The translations under genes were made by a program, and so were the position numbers. A DNA stretch of 64,000 nucleotides from Cyanidioschyzon merolae (lineage: Eukaryota): the NCBI GenBank assembly GCA_000091205.1, contig AP006501.2; one strand, written 5' to 3'. The notes beneath the pieces were generated by a model. It worked only from the letters and a program-made list of their open reading frames with translations, searched no databases and was not told the DNA's origin. This document shows, piece after piece, positions 1-12,148 of the stretch; the stretch's first letter is position 1, and every line of letters starts with the position of its first letter.

Positions 1-1444
1 CGACATAGCGTCGAAGCGGACCCAGCGCACCCGTTTGAAAGAGGTAGATCAGGACCGCCAACCCAATAAGGAGCAACAGGCGATCTCGTCCACCATCCTG
101 GCTAAGGAGAATCACCATAAACGTCAGTTTGGAGACCAGTGCCCAGTCAAGTGCCGGCATCCGAACACGAATGGCAATCATCCGAACGGGTATCGCTCCA
201 GCTGCACCAGCACGGAGCATATTTCCCGGAAGCTGGTGACGTTCAGCAGCTTCCAAAGCGCTCCTCGATATCGATGAGCGTGCCGCAGCGCCCGTCCCAT
301 GGCCGCTGGAGGCAGAAAGACCACTCGATTGGCTGTGATTCGCCAGCAGATACGACGGCGGTACCCCGCCTGCCTCATGCGTCGCGTAATACTCTGTTAA
401 GCACCGGTTGTACTCCTCGTATGCTCGAAGCATTCGCGCATATGCCTGTACTAGCTGGAGTGTCTGCTCATCAAGCCGCACATGCAGGCTCGCCTGCTCC
501 GCGTTCGTCGACGCCCTTGCAGCGTCGAGCCTATGCTGCAGATTCCGCGAGTGCTCAGTCCCGTTGTGCTGTTCTTCAGAAGGTTGTCTGGTCTCCTGCT
601 CAGCAGTGGCGTTCGACAGAGCGCGCCACGCTGTCGCTGGAGTTGTTGCGGAGTCTGCATCGAGCGCGCGTTGCTGCTGCGACTGAGGTTGCGACTGACC
701 CTCGTCCAAGGCCCAAGCTTCGTCGAAGAGCGCCGCATCCGAGGATCCCTCCTGTCTACCAGCAGCTACAGCGGAAAGCGCCGGTGAGCGCTCCGCATCA
801 GAAACAGAACCCAGGCGTTCGCGACTAGCGTCGCTAAATGTTAAGACTTCACCAGAGTTTGTGCTTGGCGCAGAATTCACCTCGATGCTAGCAAGGCTCT
901 CCAGCTGTTGCCCGCTAACGACTGCATCCCGCGTTATCCCTGTGGAGCGCTCGGCTGACGTTAGCCCGCGCTCACTAGTCACCACGAGATGAAATACCGC
1001 GAACAGCGGGGGCGAGGCGCTTTCACCGGTCTCCGTACCGTTGCTCCCTACGCAAGAAGATGCTCGGGCGTCGTCGCCAAGCTCCCCGACAACTGCTCGT
1101 GACATACCGACTATTTCTCGAATACACTCTCCGTCCTGCAATAGACGACCTCCGTAAACGAGTCTCTGCTGCTCTGGTGCAGGATGAAAAGGATGCTCCA
1201 GGTGCACTCGACGCTTCAGGTCCCCGACAGTTGACTCGGGCTCAACCGACAATACATAGGAGCGCCCCGCTGCGTCAGATACGATGTTGGGTGTCTTGAG
1301 CAGAACGCGAACTGCACCAGCAGTGCCGTGTGATGCGCTCCGAGCAGTCGAGGAGCACGCTCCGGGTCCCGGTGAGCCTGGTGGTCGCTCCTGATCAGCG
1401 TCGCTCGACTCGGGAGTCCCGCGGGGTACGTCCATCTGGTTCAT
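1..1444 (-). CDS. Partial CDS running off the left window edge: membrane protein with a ubiquitin-like domain, Herp/Usa1-like
   Basis: I translated the minus strand by hand. The frame opens after a stop at plus 1499-1501, has ATGs at minus 1444 and 1435, and stays open to position 1 (at least 480 aa). Residues ~40-115 read ...RVLLKTPNIVSDAAGRSYVLSVEPESTVGDLKRRVHLEHPFHPAPEQQRLVYGGRLLQDGECIREI, which fits a ubiquitin-like fold (QRLI/VYxGxxLxD). A coiled-coil-like middle follows, then hydrophobic segments (LTFMVILLS...LLLLIGLAVLIYLF) near the window edge. It is absent from the ORF track because it is partial. Confidence 0.5.
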   Translation of the reverse strand, partial: MNQMDVPRGTPESSDADQERPPGSPGPGACSSTARSASHGTAGAVRVLLKTPNIVSDAAGRSYVLSVEPESTVGDLKRRVHLEHPFHPAPEQQRLVYGGRLLQDGECIREIVGMSRAVVGELGDDARASSCVGSNGTETGESASPPLFAVFHLVVTSERGLTSAERSTGITRDAVVSGQQLESLASIEVNSAPSTNSGEVLTFSDASRERLGSVSDAERSPALSAVAAGRQEGSSDAALFDEAWALDEGQSQPQSQQQRALDADSATTPATAWRALSNATAEQETRQPSEEQHNGTEHSRNLQHRLDAARASTNAEQASLHVRLDEQTLQLVQAYARMLRAYEEYNRCLTEYYATHEAGGVPPSYLLANHSQSSGLSASSGHGTGAAARSSISRSALEAAERHQLPGNMLRAGAAGAIPVRMIAIRVRMPALDWALVSKLTFMVILLSQDGGRDRLLLLIGLAVLIYLFQTGALGPLRRYV

Positions 1445-2167
1445 CTTATTTGTCAGCGCACAGACGTCGCGCTGTTGCAACTGAAGCTGGTACAGCGGCT
1501 ACTGCTTCCAGGTTCCAGATGCGGTCGTCGCCTCAACTCGGGGGCCAGTGTCTTCTGCCGAAGAGACCTCCCCTTGAACCTGCAGTGCCCTGTTCACAGA
1601 ACTTCTTCACGCAAAGCAGTGTCCAGCAAGTGCCCTTATATAGCCCCGAATGGAAACCTTGATCTGTTTCCGTTGTCGTGCTGGTTGTCCTAGGCGTACA
1701 CCCAGCAAGCTCGAGGCTTCGACTCCAACGCGTCGCAAACAACCGACCGCGTGAGGTGCTGCGGCGTCGATACGCCTGCGAACCGGCTCGCAGTTAGCCT
1801 AGAACGCTGCCGGTTTTCCTGCAGCAGAAACGAGCAGCGCAGGCGCCTTGTAGCGACCAGAGCAGTGGGCATCATCTCTGGATGCCTATTGAAGCTAACG
1901 CTGAGCAAGATTTCAAGACCAGACCAATAGCAGCGTCACTTGGACGGAACGCTTTCGAGTGGTCGTCCAGAGCGGCAGCGCGTGTCCGTACCTGCAGCCG
2001 TTTGCCACAACTGCGTCTGTGCGATCCTCTTTTATACCCAATATAAGGAAGAGGAAAGCGTTTGTGAACGTGGCACCTGCGACCCGTGAGAGCGGTGTGA
2101 GCGCTAAGTTGCAACCCGGTAGCGCTGAGCGTTTTGGAGGCGCACACACGCTTTCCGTTACGGCCTC

Positions 2168-3358
2168 ATGGCTGAGCAGCAGGCGTCCTCTGGATCACAC
2201 AGCGATGAAACCTGGACTCTGGTGGAGCGACGGAAACCTTCCCGACAAGCGGGGACGCGTTTCCCGTTGCTCGCTGGGCACCTGCGCACGAGGCTCGACG
2301 TGGCCTGTGCTGATCAAGAACTCGAGAGCTTCTGGCACTTGTTTACTGCCAAACTGGACCAAGTCACGCAGTTTTCCCGCAAAACCTTTCAAAATTTCAC
2401 GTGCTATAACTTTGAACGCTTTATTGGACTGGGCATCGGGGCCTTTACCAGCGACTGGCGAGCTCAGTGGCAGTTGGCTTGGCTGGTAGCTCTCCAGCGG
2501 TACCTGAAACAGTACACACGAACGGCTGGAGTCGCGAGCGACTGGGTGCTCGTTGAGCCGCAGCTGACAAGTCTGGAAGTAACCTTGGCGAAGAGGCTGG
2601 GGTTTAGGGTTTTTCGTGCCGATCCCAATGCACCCGTGCGTTGTCGTCATTGTCGTCGATCACAGAGCGACGCTGCAGCGCAAGCTGGTGCGCATACCGA
2701 CAGGGTTCCCGCGTCGTCTCGACTCGGTCGATCACAACTACCGCACAGCACCCGTTTCCATGATTATATTAGACCGGACGCGGTGCGAAGACAAAGCAAA
2801 GATTCAGGGAGCGGCTACACCCTGCTATTCATGCCACACTGTGGAATCGGTCTCATAGAACTCGTTTTACAACTTTACTGGGACCAGGATGCACTGAGTC
2901 GACTTCATTTTGTGAGTAGCGATCTTGTCGAGCTGATAACGAGCCACGAACAGCGCTCTGTCGCATTAGCCGCCGAGCGAACGTCATCTGTGCACGGGCG
3001 TGGAAACGCGCTGGTTTCGTGCTCCGACCGGCAACTGCCGCTCGCGAAGGACGCCTCAGGGTCTACGTGCGAAACCAAGGCAGCAGTAGCATCGGCAACT
3101 CAGGAATTACCTTCACTCACTGAACCTTGCTGTATGCTCGCGCTTGCTTCCCAGCACTGTATCCGATGGATCGCTCCAGTAGACCCTGAAGGCTTTAGAA
3201 ATTCCAATGTGCGGCAGGCCGCGTTTCATGGACTCGGGTGGCAATGTATTGAGGATCCGACGACGGCTGCACTGGAAGCGATCCGGCCTGGTGACTGCTC
3301 CACCGATCGTGCGGATCCAGCACAACTCGCGGCCGCGATGCATTACATACCACTTTAG
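2168..3358 (+). CDS. SRR1: SRR1-domain protein
   Basis: True ATG at 2168. It contains ...FIGLGIGAF...QLAWLVAL... and later ...LLFMPHCGIGL...LQLYW, matching the conserved GLG and MPHC blocks of the SRR1 family. Single exon, 396 aa. Confidence 0.55.
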   Translation: MAEQQASSGSHSDETWTLVERRKPSRQAGTRFPLLAGHLRTRLDVACADQELESFWHLFTAKLDQVTQFSRKTFQNFTCYNFERFIGLGIGAFTSDWRAQWQLAWLVALQRYLKQYTRTAGVASDWVLVEPQLTSLEVTLAKRLGFRVFRADPNAPVRCRHCRRSQSDAAAQAGAHTDRVPASSRLGRSQLPHSTRFHDYIRPDAVRRQSKDSGSGYTLLFMPHCGIGLIELVLQLYWDQDALSRLHFVSSDLVELITSHEQRSVALAAERTSSVHGRGNALVSCSDRQLPLAKDASGSTCETKAAVASATQELPSLTEPCCMLALASQHCIRWIAPVDPEGFRNSNVRQAAFHGLGWQCIEDPTTAALEAIRPGDCSTDRADPAQLAAAMHYIPL

Positions 3359-6126
3359 GTGCGAAACGATAGATCAATGGAATTCGTTGTCCATGAAAAG
3401 TACGCTGTCGTGCGTGCGGGGTATACGGCGGCGCTGGAGCGTCGTATGATGCGACACGGTCAACTCGATAGGCAGCATCATTGGGCCGCTTCTCTGGCCG
3501 CTTTACGGAAGCTTTGCTCATGACGCATCGTTTTCGTATGAATGGTGAAAGGAATATGCGGTTATTTCCTTACGATGACGACTCGAGATTTTCAATGAGT
3601 CCACAATCGTGCATGAAAGAATGTCATGTTGGTGCTGGAATGGAGGCTATGACCGGTGCTGTCGGCGTATCGCGGGTTGATAGACTTGGGAATCCGCAAG
3701 AACACCACCGCTGCTGCACAGGGATATTCAGAATGAATGAGATGTAGATGATGGAGGATGTGCTTGTCTCCATGCAGTCATGCATGCGAATTTCATGCGT
3801 GACATGGGAAACAAGGCACGCTTTACTCGGCACGCTCCTGATACCAAGCACATATTTCAGCGCCTCTTCTGGGATACACTGCATGATGAGGACTTGAACC
3901 TTGAGGGATTCCCTTTACCAGCTCGCAGTGAGTCTACATGCAGTTTCGTAGAGCAATCGAATCCGAAACATGACCCAGGGGCGTCTCCCACGTACCTGGA
4001 ATGCCCACGCCCCTGTATCCCATGCTCCATACCAAATTCAGTGTTCTTTCGTGAGCGCGTGCCTGAGACCCGATTATTCTGGTGAAACACGCGCGTTCTC
4101 AAGGGCATTGCACGGTCCATTGACCTTCGAACAATGCTGTCTGGGTCGAGCGACACACGCAGTCTCTAGTGGGGTACGATCTTCACTGCCACCCGAGTGT
4201 TATCCGAACAACGCGTTGGCATCCTCTCGTGCTTATAGTCTTGTGACTCAGTTTCGTTTCGACTCCGCTGCGGCGTACAGCAGGAGACCGAAAGCACGAT
4301 ACCATGTACTGTATAGATTTTAGAAGCATTGCCTGTAGGATATATTGTTTACAAAGCAGCAGAAGGAAGACTGCATTTTCGCTTCAGACAAGTCATACCA
4401 TACTACTCCGATGGTTGAGTAACACTGAAAGAGACATGTAGATGCGTTCCGAGCCAAAAACCGATATTCTCAAGGAATGGTTGCGGTCAATAGTAGAAAG
4501 CGACCCATCGATTACCTTACGTAAACCAAAAGCGACAGCAGTAGCCGCAAGGGGCGTCACTGTTTCTCACCAGCTTATTCTTGCGGTCCTGAAAACACCG
4601 GTATGCGGTCGCAAAAAAACAGCCTTGCTTCACGCATAGTCATCTCGCACCGATATCGAAGCTACGACAGCGTTTCTGGAAAGTCACAATCGGTATGAAG
4701 CACAAGGACGTCGGCTTGTCCTTTTCCAGCCGATGCGACGTCATTCGGACGAAACGGTCGGAGCGTAGAGGGGTATTCGGCGAGCAGGGACTCAGTAGTA
4801 CGTCCGTCCGAACTCGAAGAGAACTGGGATATCAGCATTTGTTCTAGCTGCAGTGGATGCATTTGGCGGCCTCGGTTTGGCTCGAAGATACAGAAACGGA
4901 AGTCGGGGATCCTCGCAAGCTCGGTGCCGCCTGGTGCTGGAGAAAGACGAAAAATCCTCTTCTTCCCGATCATTTAGCGAAGAAGAGCAAGTAACGAAGA
5001 AGAAACAGATGAGGGGAGATGATCGAGAAGAGGTTTTCGCTCGAAAGGACGGTAACGAGACCTTCATGGCACAGCGGGCGTGAATTCAAGGAATCTTGGC
5101 GTTAATGAGTTCAACCAGAGCCAATCAACGCAGCCATCAACATAAGACGATGTCTGGTGCTGCAGACAAGACCCACAGAGCTGACGAGAGCCAGTTTCGT
5201 GTGACAGCCTATCAGCCACGAAAGCTTCTAGGACAAACTAAAACCGATGGCAGACGGTCAGTTAAAAAATGGCTGGGAGGCGTCTGCGAGTGGATAGGTA
5301 TATTTCCCGTCCATGATCATAGGACATTTTGTGATTCTCTGATCGCATATCTTGACAGAGTAGTGCAATAGTCGGCTGGAGTGAGGCGGCTCCTTTTCGC
5401 TCGAGAACCTGCTATGTGCCGGGAGCCGGTTACACTTCAATGATGTAGACACATGCAGCCTGGTACGTTGGGCTGCTTTCTCGAGCCGCGAAATACCCAG
5501 GCACGTTCTGCTGCTTTCGAGCACTGGCGGCAGCGCGGAGAAGCAATCGACATCGCGAAACTGCATTGCGTAGCGGGCCCGAGATGCAAACTGGTCATCT
5601 TCATGGACGACGCTTGTGCGCGATCGGCTCGTCTTGGCATCGAGTCCGTTTACGGCAGACGCTCTTCCGCAGATTTCTGGTCTGGCCTTCATGGCGGGCG
5701 CGCGGTCAAGCCAGTGCTCTGCTTTCGTCTATCAGTGATGCTGCATGAGGCCTGAACGCAGTCACGATTTCGACGGAACTATTTTAATCGCTCAGATGGA
5801 GTCGTGTTCCACATCTCAACCGGGCAGTACATTTGCTTCATCTTGTCAGGTTTGAAACCAGATCACCAACGCGTCTGGTGAAACAGGTCACTAGAGCGTT
5901 CCCCAGCTGTCCCGGATGCAGGCTTGGCGCCACGTGAAAAGCATCCAGCACCAAAGGCTCTGCGATGAGCGGCAAGCACCTGATGATTGCGCATGTGGCT
6001 CGTGATTCCCATAGATACCGATCTGAGGCGTTCGTTGCCCCGCCGGTACGATGCCAGTCGTCAGTGCCGACCATCACATCTCCATGTACCTCGTTGGGGT
6101 CAGGATTCGCAATCTTTGGGATATGC

Positions 6127-7872
6127 TTACGAGAGGCCGTACGTCTCGAGCGGGTGCCGCACTCGGTCAAAGTCGTAGACACGACGTGGATCCGTGATAT
6201 GCCCTGTGATGGCACTAGCAGCGGCAGTATAGGGCGAGGCGAGGAAGACCGCACTCGATTTGTCGCCCATTCGGCCTGGAAAATTCCGATTTGTGGTGCT
6301 CACAACGACCTCGGGCCCGTTCGCACGCCCAAAGGTGTCCTTCGGACCTCCCAGACACGCTGCGCAACTCGGGGCACCCGGCGGAAGGCATCCCGCGTCC
6401 TTGAAAATCTGCATCAGAGTCTTGCCGTTAAGTTTTCTGGTTTCCAGGTCTTCATAGATGCGGCGTGTGGCCGGAACAAGAAACGTAGGAACACGTACCT
6501 GACGCCCGTCGAGAATCCGCGCTGCGGCAACAAAGTCCTCCGTCTTGCCGCCAGTGCAAGAGCCAATGTACACTCGCGTAATCTTCACGTCCTCGCAATT
6601 GCGGGCAAGATCTAAATTATCGGGGCTGTGTGGTTTCGCTACCGCAGGCTCCAGTTTGGATAAGTCGTACTGTCGGTCCGTGTAGAATGAGGCATTCGAG
6701 TCGGTGTGGAACACATCAAACGGCTTCGTTGTTCGTGCTCGGACGTAAGCACACGTAATTTCATCCGGAGGAAAGATGCCGTTCTTACCACCAGCCTCAA
6801 TCGCCATATTACAAAGTGTCATGCGATCGGCAATAGAAAACTGCTCCATCCGATCACTGACAAACTCCATCGCCCGGTAGGTAGCGCCAGCGACACCAAT
6901 ATCGCCTATGATTTGGAGAATGATATCCTTGGCCATGATGTAATCAGGCAGGGTTCCATTCAAGGCAAAGCGCATTGTTGCGGGCACTTTGATGAGGAGC
7001 TTACCGGTGCCCATTATAAAACCTGCATCAGTGTTCCCGATGCCAGTCGCGAACTCGCCGAAAGCTCCTGCAGTACACGTGTGAGAATCTGTCCCGAAAA
7101 GCACCTCACCAGGACGGCAGTGCCCTTCCTGCGCCAGTGCTATGTGGCAGACCCCTTTGTATTCAGGGTTCGCCCGAAAGTCGCTCCGATCGGTGATATC
7201 GTAGAAGTAACGGATGCCTTGTTCGCGAGCAAAATCCCGAATAATATCCACGTTCCTATTCGCTTTCTCATCCGCAGTGAAGATGTAGTGATCGGGGATA
7301 ATGACAATCTTTTCAGGGTCCCAGACAGGTGCATCCGAACCGAACTCGCGTTTGAAGACTGCGATCGTCCCCGGACCACAGACGTCGTGTGTCATGAGCA
7401 CATCAACGTCAACAAAGAGATTCTCTCCTGGTTTCACGAAGCTCCTTCCAGCGGCTTTGGCTATGATCTTCTCTGTTATCGTCTGCGGCGCCTTCACGGC
7501 TACACTCGGAGCTGCCTTCGTTGAGGTCGGCGCAGAGATACCAGACTTTAATTCAGCCAGGGGATTTTTGGGGCCAATTCGTACCCGTCGCTGCTCCTGA
7601 CTGACTCCAGTTCTGGCACTGCAACCTTGTGCTCGGCTATGAAGTGTCACTGGAGAAACGAACATGATATTGTAAACGAGGGAAGACGCACCCGGTATAG
7701 CGTAACTGCTCCAAAGCCTGAAATCATGCGATGGTTCGCGCGCGTTCGTCGCGTGCAGCGTCGCGAGTGCCCTCCGTCGGCATAAAGAGAAATACATCCT
7801 ACTGGATATAAGTGGATACAACGGACACATCCCAGGGGGCGCCCGGGCTGCATCCGGCTTCAATCTAGACAT
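6127..7872 (-). CDS. leuC: 3-isopropylmalate dehydratase large subunit (aconitase-family, LeuC/HACN type) with an N-terminal extension
   Basis: 581-aa ORF with a true ATG at 7872. LeuC-like blocks include TITEKIIAKAAGRSFVKPGE...LMTHDVCGPG, FGTDSHTCTAGAFGEFATGIG, YIGSCTGGKTEDF and VSTTNRNFPGRMG (Fe-S ligands). The ~100-130 aa N-terminal extension is consistent with organellar targeting. The separate-subunit bacterial type is typical of plastid-bearing lineages. Confidence 0.85.
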   Translation of the reverse strand: MSRLKPDAARAPPGMCPLYPLISSRMYFSLCRRRALATLHATNAREPSHDFRLWSSYAIPGASSLVYNIMFVSPVTLHSRAQGCSARTGVSQEQRRVRIGPKNPLAELKSGISAPTSTKAAPSVAVKAPQTITEKIIAKAAGRSFVKPGENLFVDVDVLMTHDVCGPGTIAVFKREFGSDAPVWDPEKIVIIPDHYIFTADEKANRNVDIIRDFAREQGIRYFYDITDRSDFRANPEYKGVCHIALAQEGHCRPGEVLFGTDSHTCTAGAFGEFATGIGNTDAGFIMGTGKLLIKVPATMRFALNGTLPDYIMAKDIILQIIGDIGVAGATYRAMEFVSDRMEQFSIADRMTLCNMAIEAGGKNGIFPPDEITCAYVRARTTKPFDVFHTDSNASFYTDRQYDLSKLEPAVAKPHSPDNLDLARNCEDVKITRVYIGSCTGGKTEDFVAAARILDGRQVRVPTFLVPATRRIYEDLETRKLNGKTLMQIFKDAGCLPPGAPSCAACLGGPKDTFGRANGPEVVVSTTNRNFPGRMGDKSSAVFLASPYTAAASAITGHITDPRRVYDFDRVRHPLETYGLS

Positions 7873-7903
7873 TTCTATATTATTAGGTATTTAAATGTAA
7901 TAT

Positions 7904-8575
7904 ATGGACACACCATGGGGAACGCCCTTGCCAGCAGCCTGGTCGGTTTTCAGCCAAAATCTGAGCAGCGCTCGTCTCTGCTACAGGGAGGCACTTTTGG
8001 CAAACTGCTTCTGTCACAGGCACCAGCTCAGCCCCGGTTGTGGGCACCGGAAACGGTGCATGCCACTTGGCGCCGCTGATAACGATGATCTGGTACCAGC
8101 CGACGCGCCAAGTCGGCAATATCAGGAACACTTGCTGTGGTTGCGCCTCATAAACGCACTCTACGAGTGGTGTGAGGGTGGTGTCGGTGGTGGCTACGAA
8201 AGCGGCACAGAGCCGGAAACGTTCGCGCGCACGCTGGACGGCTCCACACACAAGTCGCTGTCTGCGACAGAGGAGCTCTGGTGCAATTTTCGTTTATGGA
8301 GTGACGATCGGCAACGCGAGAGCCTCACAGGGCAGCGGGATGTGCGGGCACAGGGCGCACTTGAAGAGCGCTGCGCCGCCGTGCTCCGTTGCATGACGAA
8401 CCCGCTTGTATTCGACCTGGGGAAGGATGAGCCCGAACTTTGTCCGAGGCCTCGCCGAGGTTCATCAGCTGATATAGAGGTCAATGCGGATGGTATTGTT
8501 GTGCAGAGTTTTGCGGACAGGCTCCCTGTCAGGTACAGAGATACACGCAAGCTCACAGCGATTCCACCCATGTAA
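7904..8575 (+). CDS. Hypothetical protein, no recognisable domain
   Basis: True ATG at 7904 in divergent orientation to leuC. 223 aa with no motif I recognise. Support is weak. Confidence 0.2.
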   Translation: MDTPWGTPLPAAWSVFSQNLSSARLCYREALLANCFCHRHQLSPGCGHRKRCMPLGAADNDDLVPADAPSRQYQEHLLWLRLINALYEWCEGGVGGGYESGTEPETFARTLDGSTHKSLSATEELWCNFRLWSDDRQRESLTGQRDVRAQGALEERCAAVLRCMTNPLVFDLGKDEPELCPRPRRGSSADIEVNADGIVVQSFADRLPVRYRDTRKLTAIPPM

Positions 8576-10915
8576 GACTAGAATAATACGGCCGCACCAA
8601 ACTAAGTCTTGCGTGCATGCCGCATTTCGGGTCTTTTCCTGCTGCCATCAAGACAAGCCTTTGCAGGATTTTATCTGACAGCTTCCTCTAGATCTCTCTT
8701 ATCTGCGGATCTAAAACGCTGTTCTCTCCTTCCTCTACACCTCCGTTATAAGCAGTCGAATGGTACTCATGGTAGCGGTCAAGTCCCACTTGAGCTGCTT
8801 CCGGTTGTTATCAACTAATTTCGTGTCGAGACAACGGTTGCGATCCGCGATTCGCTTGCCATTTCATCTCGTTTTGGTTACGGCCTTGGTCCATCCTTTG
8901 GCGGCGGTGACACTCGACTGCGGTCAGGCGTTCCCAAACGTCCACCACAGATCCTCGTACGTGCGCGGTCTTTTAGCGCGTGAGCGATTGCTTCACTGCT
9001 CACTGGATGCCCTTGACGTGCACCGGAGGCTCCCTTCGATGTCTGTCCCAGGTTCTGCACCCGGCGCCATAACCCAGGATCACGGGCTTTTTCCGGTCGA
9101 TTCCCTCGTCGAGTACTTTACCTGCCGCACACGCCAGCGTACGCTGTCCCGTTCGACAGAGGAATTGTCGAACGCGATGCTTTCAATGAAGATGCACATG
9201 AAGAAGGAGTCCGGGGACGATATCGGGTTTCCCTCGTCGTTAATCAAGTGGCGCGAATGGCTACGCCCATGAGTTGCACAGGAACAGCATGATTGAAAAC
9301 ATGAAAAATGCAAGATTTGAGCATGCCACCCGTAAGGAACGAGGAAGGGCGGAGGCAAGCACGTATGAACTGGAAAATACGAATATCGCTCATCTTACGA
9401 ATCCCTGGGTGCGGACGTCGCGGGTTGTTTCGATCCTAGTGACGTGACGAATTCCAGCGGCAGTTAGTCATAGAAGCCACACCGAAAAGATGACCGAAAA
9501 TCCTAAAACTACATGTGAACCCGTAGGACCTACTTGCTGCACCTTGAATGTCGGAGATGAATATCTAAACAAGTTCAGAAAAAATCGCAATCCAGGAATA
9601 AAGCGAGCAGGTCAGTGTTCCATTTTAATATGACACTGCGAAAACGATCGCCGTCGCTAGCATTGATCCAGCGGTTCCACCGAACGACGCCATTGGTCGT
9701 CCACAGAAACCAGCGCCGCTTCCGGAGGCGGCCCCGGGAACCTATCCAGTGTGCTAATTACCACCAAGACGCGTCCATTTCCTACGGACAGGGCGCTCTG
9801 ACCCCTGTACACGGAGTCTAGACTCTCGACGCTCTATTCGCGTCGCCAACACCGTCATGAACGTCGGACTACACCATGCAGCACGCACACGACACCATGG
9901 ATCCGCCATGGGGGAGAACCTCGAGCGGCAGCTTCGACGAACGCTGCACAGCAATTATTTTCAGACGCACGCCCTCGTTGGCAGCGGGAAACGCATGCGT
10001 CCGACGTTTGCGTAAAGATCCCGGACACACTTCGAGCGCTTTCTCGTATGACAGGTCACTCAGTTAAACAAGTGATGGGCCCAAACGATTTTTGTGCGAA
10101 ACAGTCACCTGAGCATTCAGTGCGTCTGTTCGCTCTGCTGCGTACATGTGTAAATCTCCTGTTCAGTACGGCGAGCGGGAGCGCAACGGCTTTGTTTCGT
10201 ACGCACAGCTCCGGAGACGCATGGGAACCTGCGATAGGTTTTGAATGTGCTTGCATTATCCAGCGATGAATAAACGCGGCCCTGGAATCCGTGTCCAGGC
10301 ACACCAGTCGGTATTGCGGATCGCGGCGCGCTTGTGGGATTCGCTTTTTAAGAACAGGTCAGATGTAGAACCACATCACATTATCGCGTTATAACAAATC
10401 ACAACTGGGCTTGAATACCGACGTTGAATGCAATCATGGTGATTAATCGACAGCGTGCACCATGCATAGCATCACCGTCGACGTCGCAGCGGAGACCCGC
10501 GCTGTATGCAGCCTGTGTTTGGCCTCGGTGCTGCTCATTGGTCAACACAGCTTCTCGACCGGTGCACAGCTTGGATGTCGGGTCACACTGCGCCAGCTGG
10601 TGCCAGTCCTCGAAGTTTCCTCAGTTCGTAAGAATCCGAGGGCAGCTCGCATTTGCGCACACGCACCGGCTCATAACTGCGAAGCTTGAGGGCAGTGACA
10701 AGGTCTCGCGGGTTCCCCTCGGTTCGCGAGCGTCTGATGACAGTTCGCATTAGCGTACAAGCATCGACTCACAACCGCGAAGCCAGCAGGCGGTACCACC
10801 GCTGTCTCGAGACAACTATGTCGTCTCAGCTGGTCCGTCGCTGTCTTTCGATGCGACGCTCTACAGCGTGGTCCCTGTGGCAACTCGTCTCGATCCAGGC
10901 GAAACGCTACATAGC

Positions 10916-11650
10916 TCAGATGGCATTTTTGCCGTCGCGTGCACGCTCTGGAGGCTCAGCGCGCCTTTGGGACGCTTTGCTCGCGGAGCTCGCTCCCTCG
11001 GTACCGCTCGCGGAGTCGTCTGTGTCAGAATCGAGCGACTGTTGTCGGTAGAGTCGAATCATGCGGTACTCGTTGCTGTACAGACTCCTTCGTTTTTCTT
11101 CGAATTCTTCATGCGACAAACGGCGCCCACTCGTATGAGAACTCGAAGAATCTGTCGACGAGCTTCGAGAGAGAAACGTCATGCCAGCACCGTTGATTTG
11201 GGGAGCATGACGGCCGTCCGCAGATCCGCATTGGGAAGCATGCGTCTGAATGAAACATCCTCGGCCGATGTACTCGGACTCGGATCCTTCGCTTGCGGAA
11301 AGCGAACCCAGCCCTGTATGCGACTCTGCAAACGGTTCGTGATACGGTGTTTTCGGCTCGTCGATGAGCATTCGCTCCACACGCAACCGCTCCGCCTCGT
11401 TTTCCTGCAAGTTGCCCTCGTCGAAGTGGATGTGCTTCCGGTTTCGCGGTTCCCTGTGAGCCTCAGGGTCAGCGTCCGCCTCCACTGGTAAAGGCGCAGT
11501 AGCTAACTCTACCCTGCCACCGATGACGTTATCAACTTCAGCGTCATTCTCATGGTCTGTACTGCACGACACGCAGCTCTTGGAGTCTTTCAGGATCGGT
11601 CTCAGGGACTGCTCACGTTTCACTCCACCGTGCGACTGTACTGCAGGCAT
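10916..11650 (-). CDS. Protein phosphatase 1 inhibitor-2 (IPP-2)
   Basis: The ORF-track start at 11656 is a GTG. The first ATG is at 11650 (MPAVQ...). Blocks RPILKDSKS (KGILK-like), KHIHFDEGNL (KSQKWDEMNIL-like), LIDEPKTPYHEPF (IDEPSTPYH) and EFEEKRRSLYSNEY (EFEMKRKLHYNEG) match the Inhibitor-2 family. Acidic/Ser-rich tail. Confidence 0.65.
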   Translation of the reverse strand: MPAVQSHGGVKREQSLRPILKDSKSCVSCSTDHENDAEVDNVIGGRVELATAPLPVEADADPEAHREPRNRKHIHFDEGNLQENEAERLRVERMLIDEPKTPYHEPFAESHTGLGSLSASEGSESEYIGRGCFIQTHASQCGSADGRHAPQINGAGMTFLSRSSSTDSSSSHTSGRRLSHEEFEEKRRSLYSNEYRMIRLYRQQSLDSDTDDSASGTEGASSASKASQRRAEPPERARDGKNAI

Positions 11651-12148
11651 CAGCACAGGAGAGCCCCTTGCTACTATTCGAACACTTGACGACCAACTCG
11701 ATCAAGCAGGAGATTCCCTGCCACCAGATGCCGTAGACGGCCCGTTCAGTACCCAGTAAATACCTGACTGAAGCTGCCTTGCGTCGTAAACGGATTTCAC
11801 TGAACCAGCGGCAGTTCGGTGCACGAGTTCCGGACGAGATCGCCCGCAGGGCACGGCAGCGGTGACGTTGCCCTGAAAGGATAATCTGGATACATGAGGA
11901 TATAAATGGACATGTCTGTACGCAATTGTAGCGCTTCGCCGCGCCGACGGCGCACCAGCGCACATCATCGGATGCGCGGCAGTAGCCGCGACGCTTATAC
12001 GTCTGAACACCGCGCTCATACTGGCCCGTACTCAGTAACCTAGCCGCTTGGCGGAACCTGCACGCATTAGCAGGAAGACCTGTAGCAGCTTTGTAGGGTG
12101 ATCCGTAGCTATTCTCGCGATACGATTCCGAGGCGAAAGCTGGTAAGA

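Noticed and set aside
139-828. 229-aa plus ORF at the window start
   Set aside because: It is antisense to the hand-translated minus-strand UBL-protein frame, which has a real domain, and it has no motifs of its own.
5965-7524. Plus-strand ORFs (5965..6615, 6706..7524) overlapping leuC
   Set aside because: They are antisense to a well-supported LeuC gene. Long antisense open frames are expected in high-GC coding DNA.
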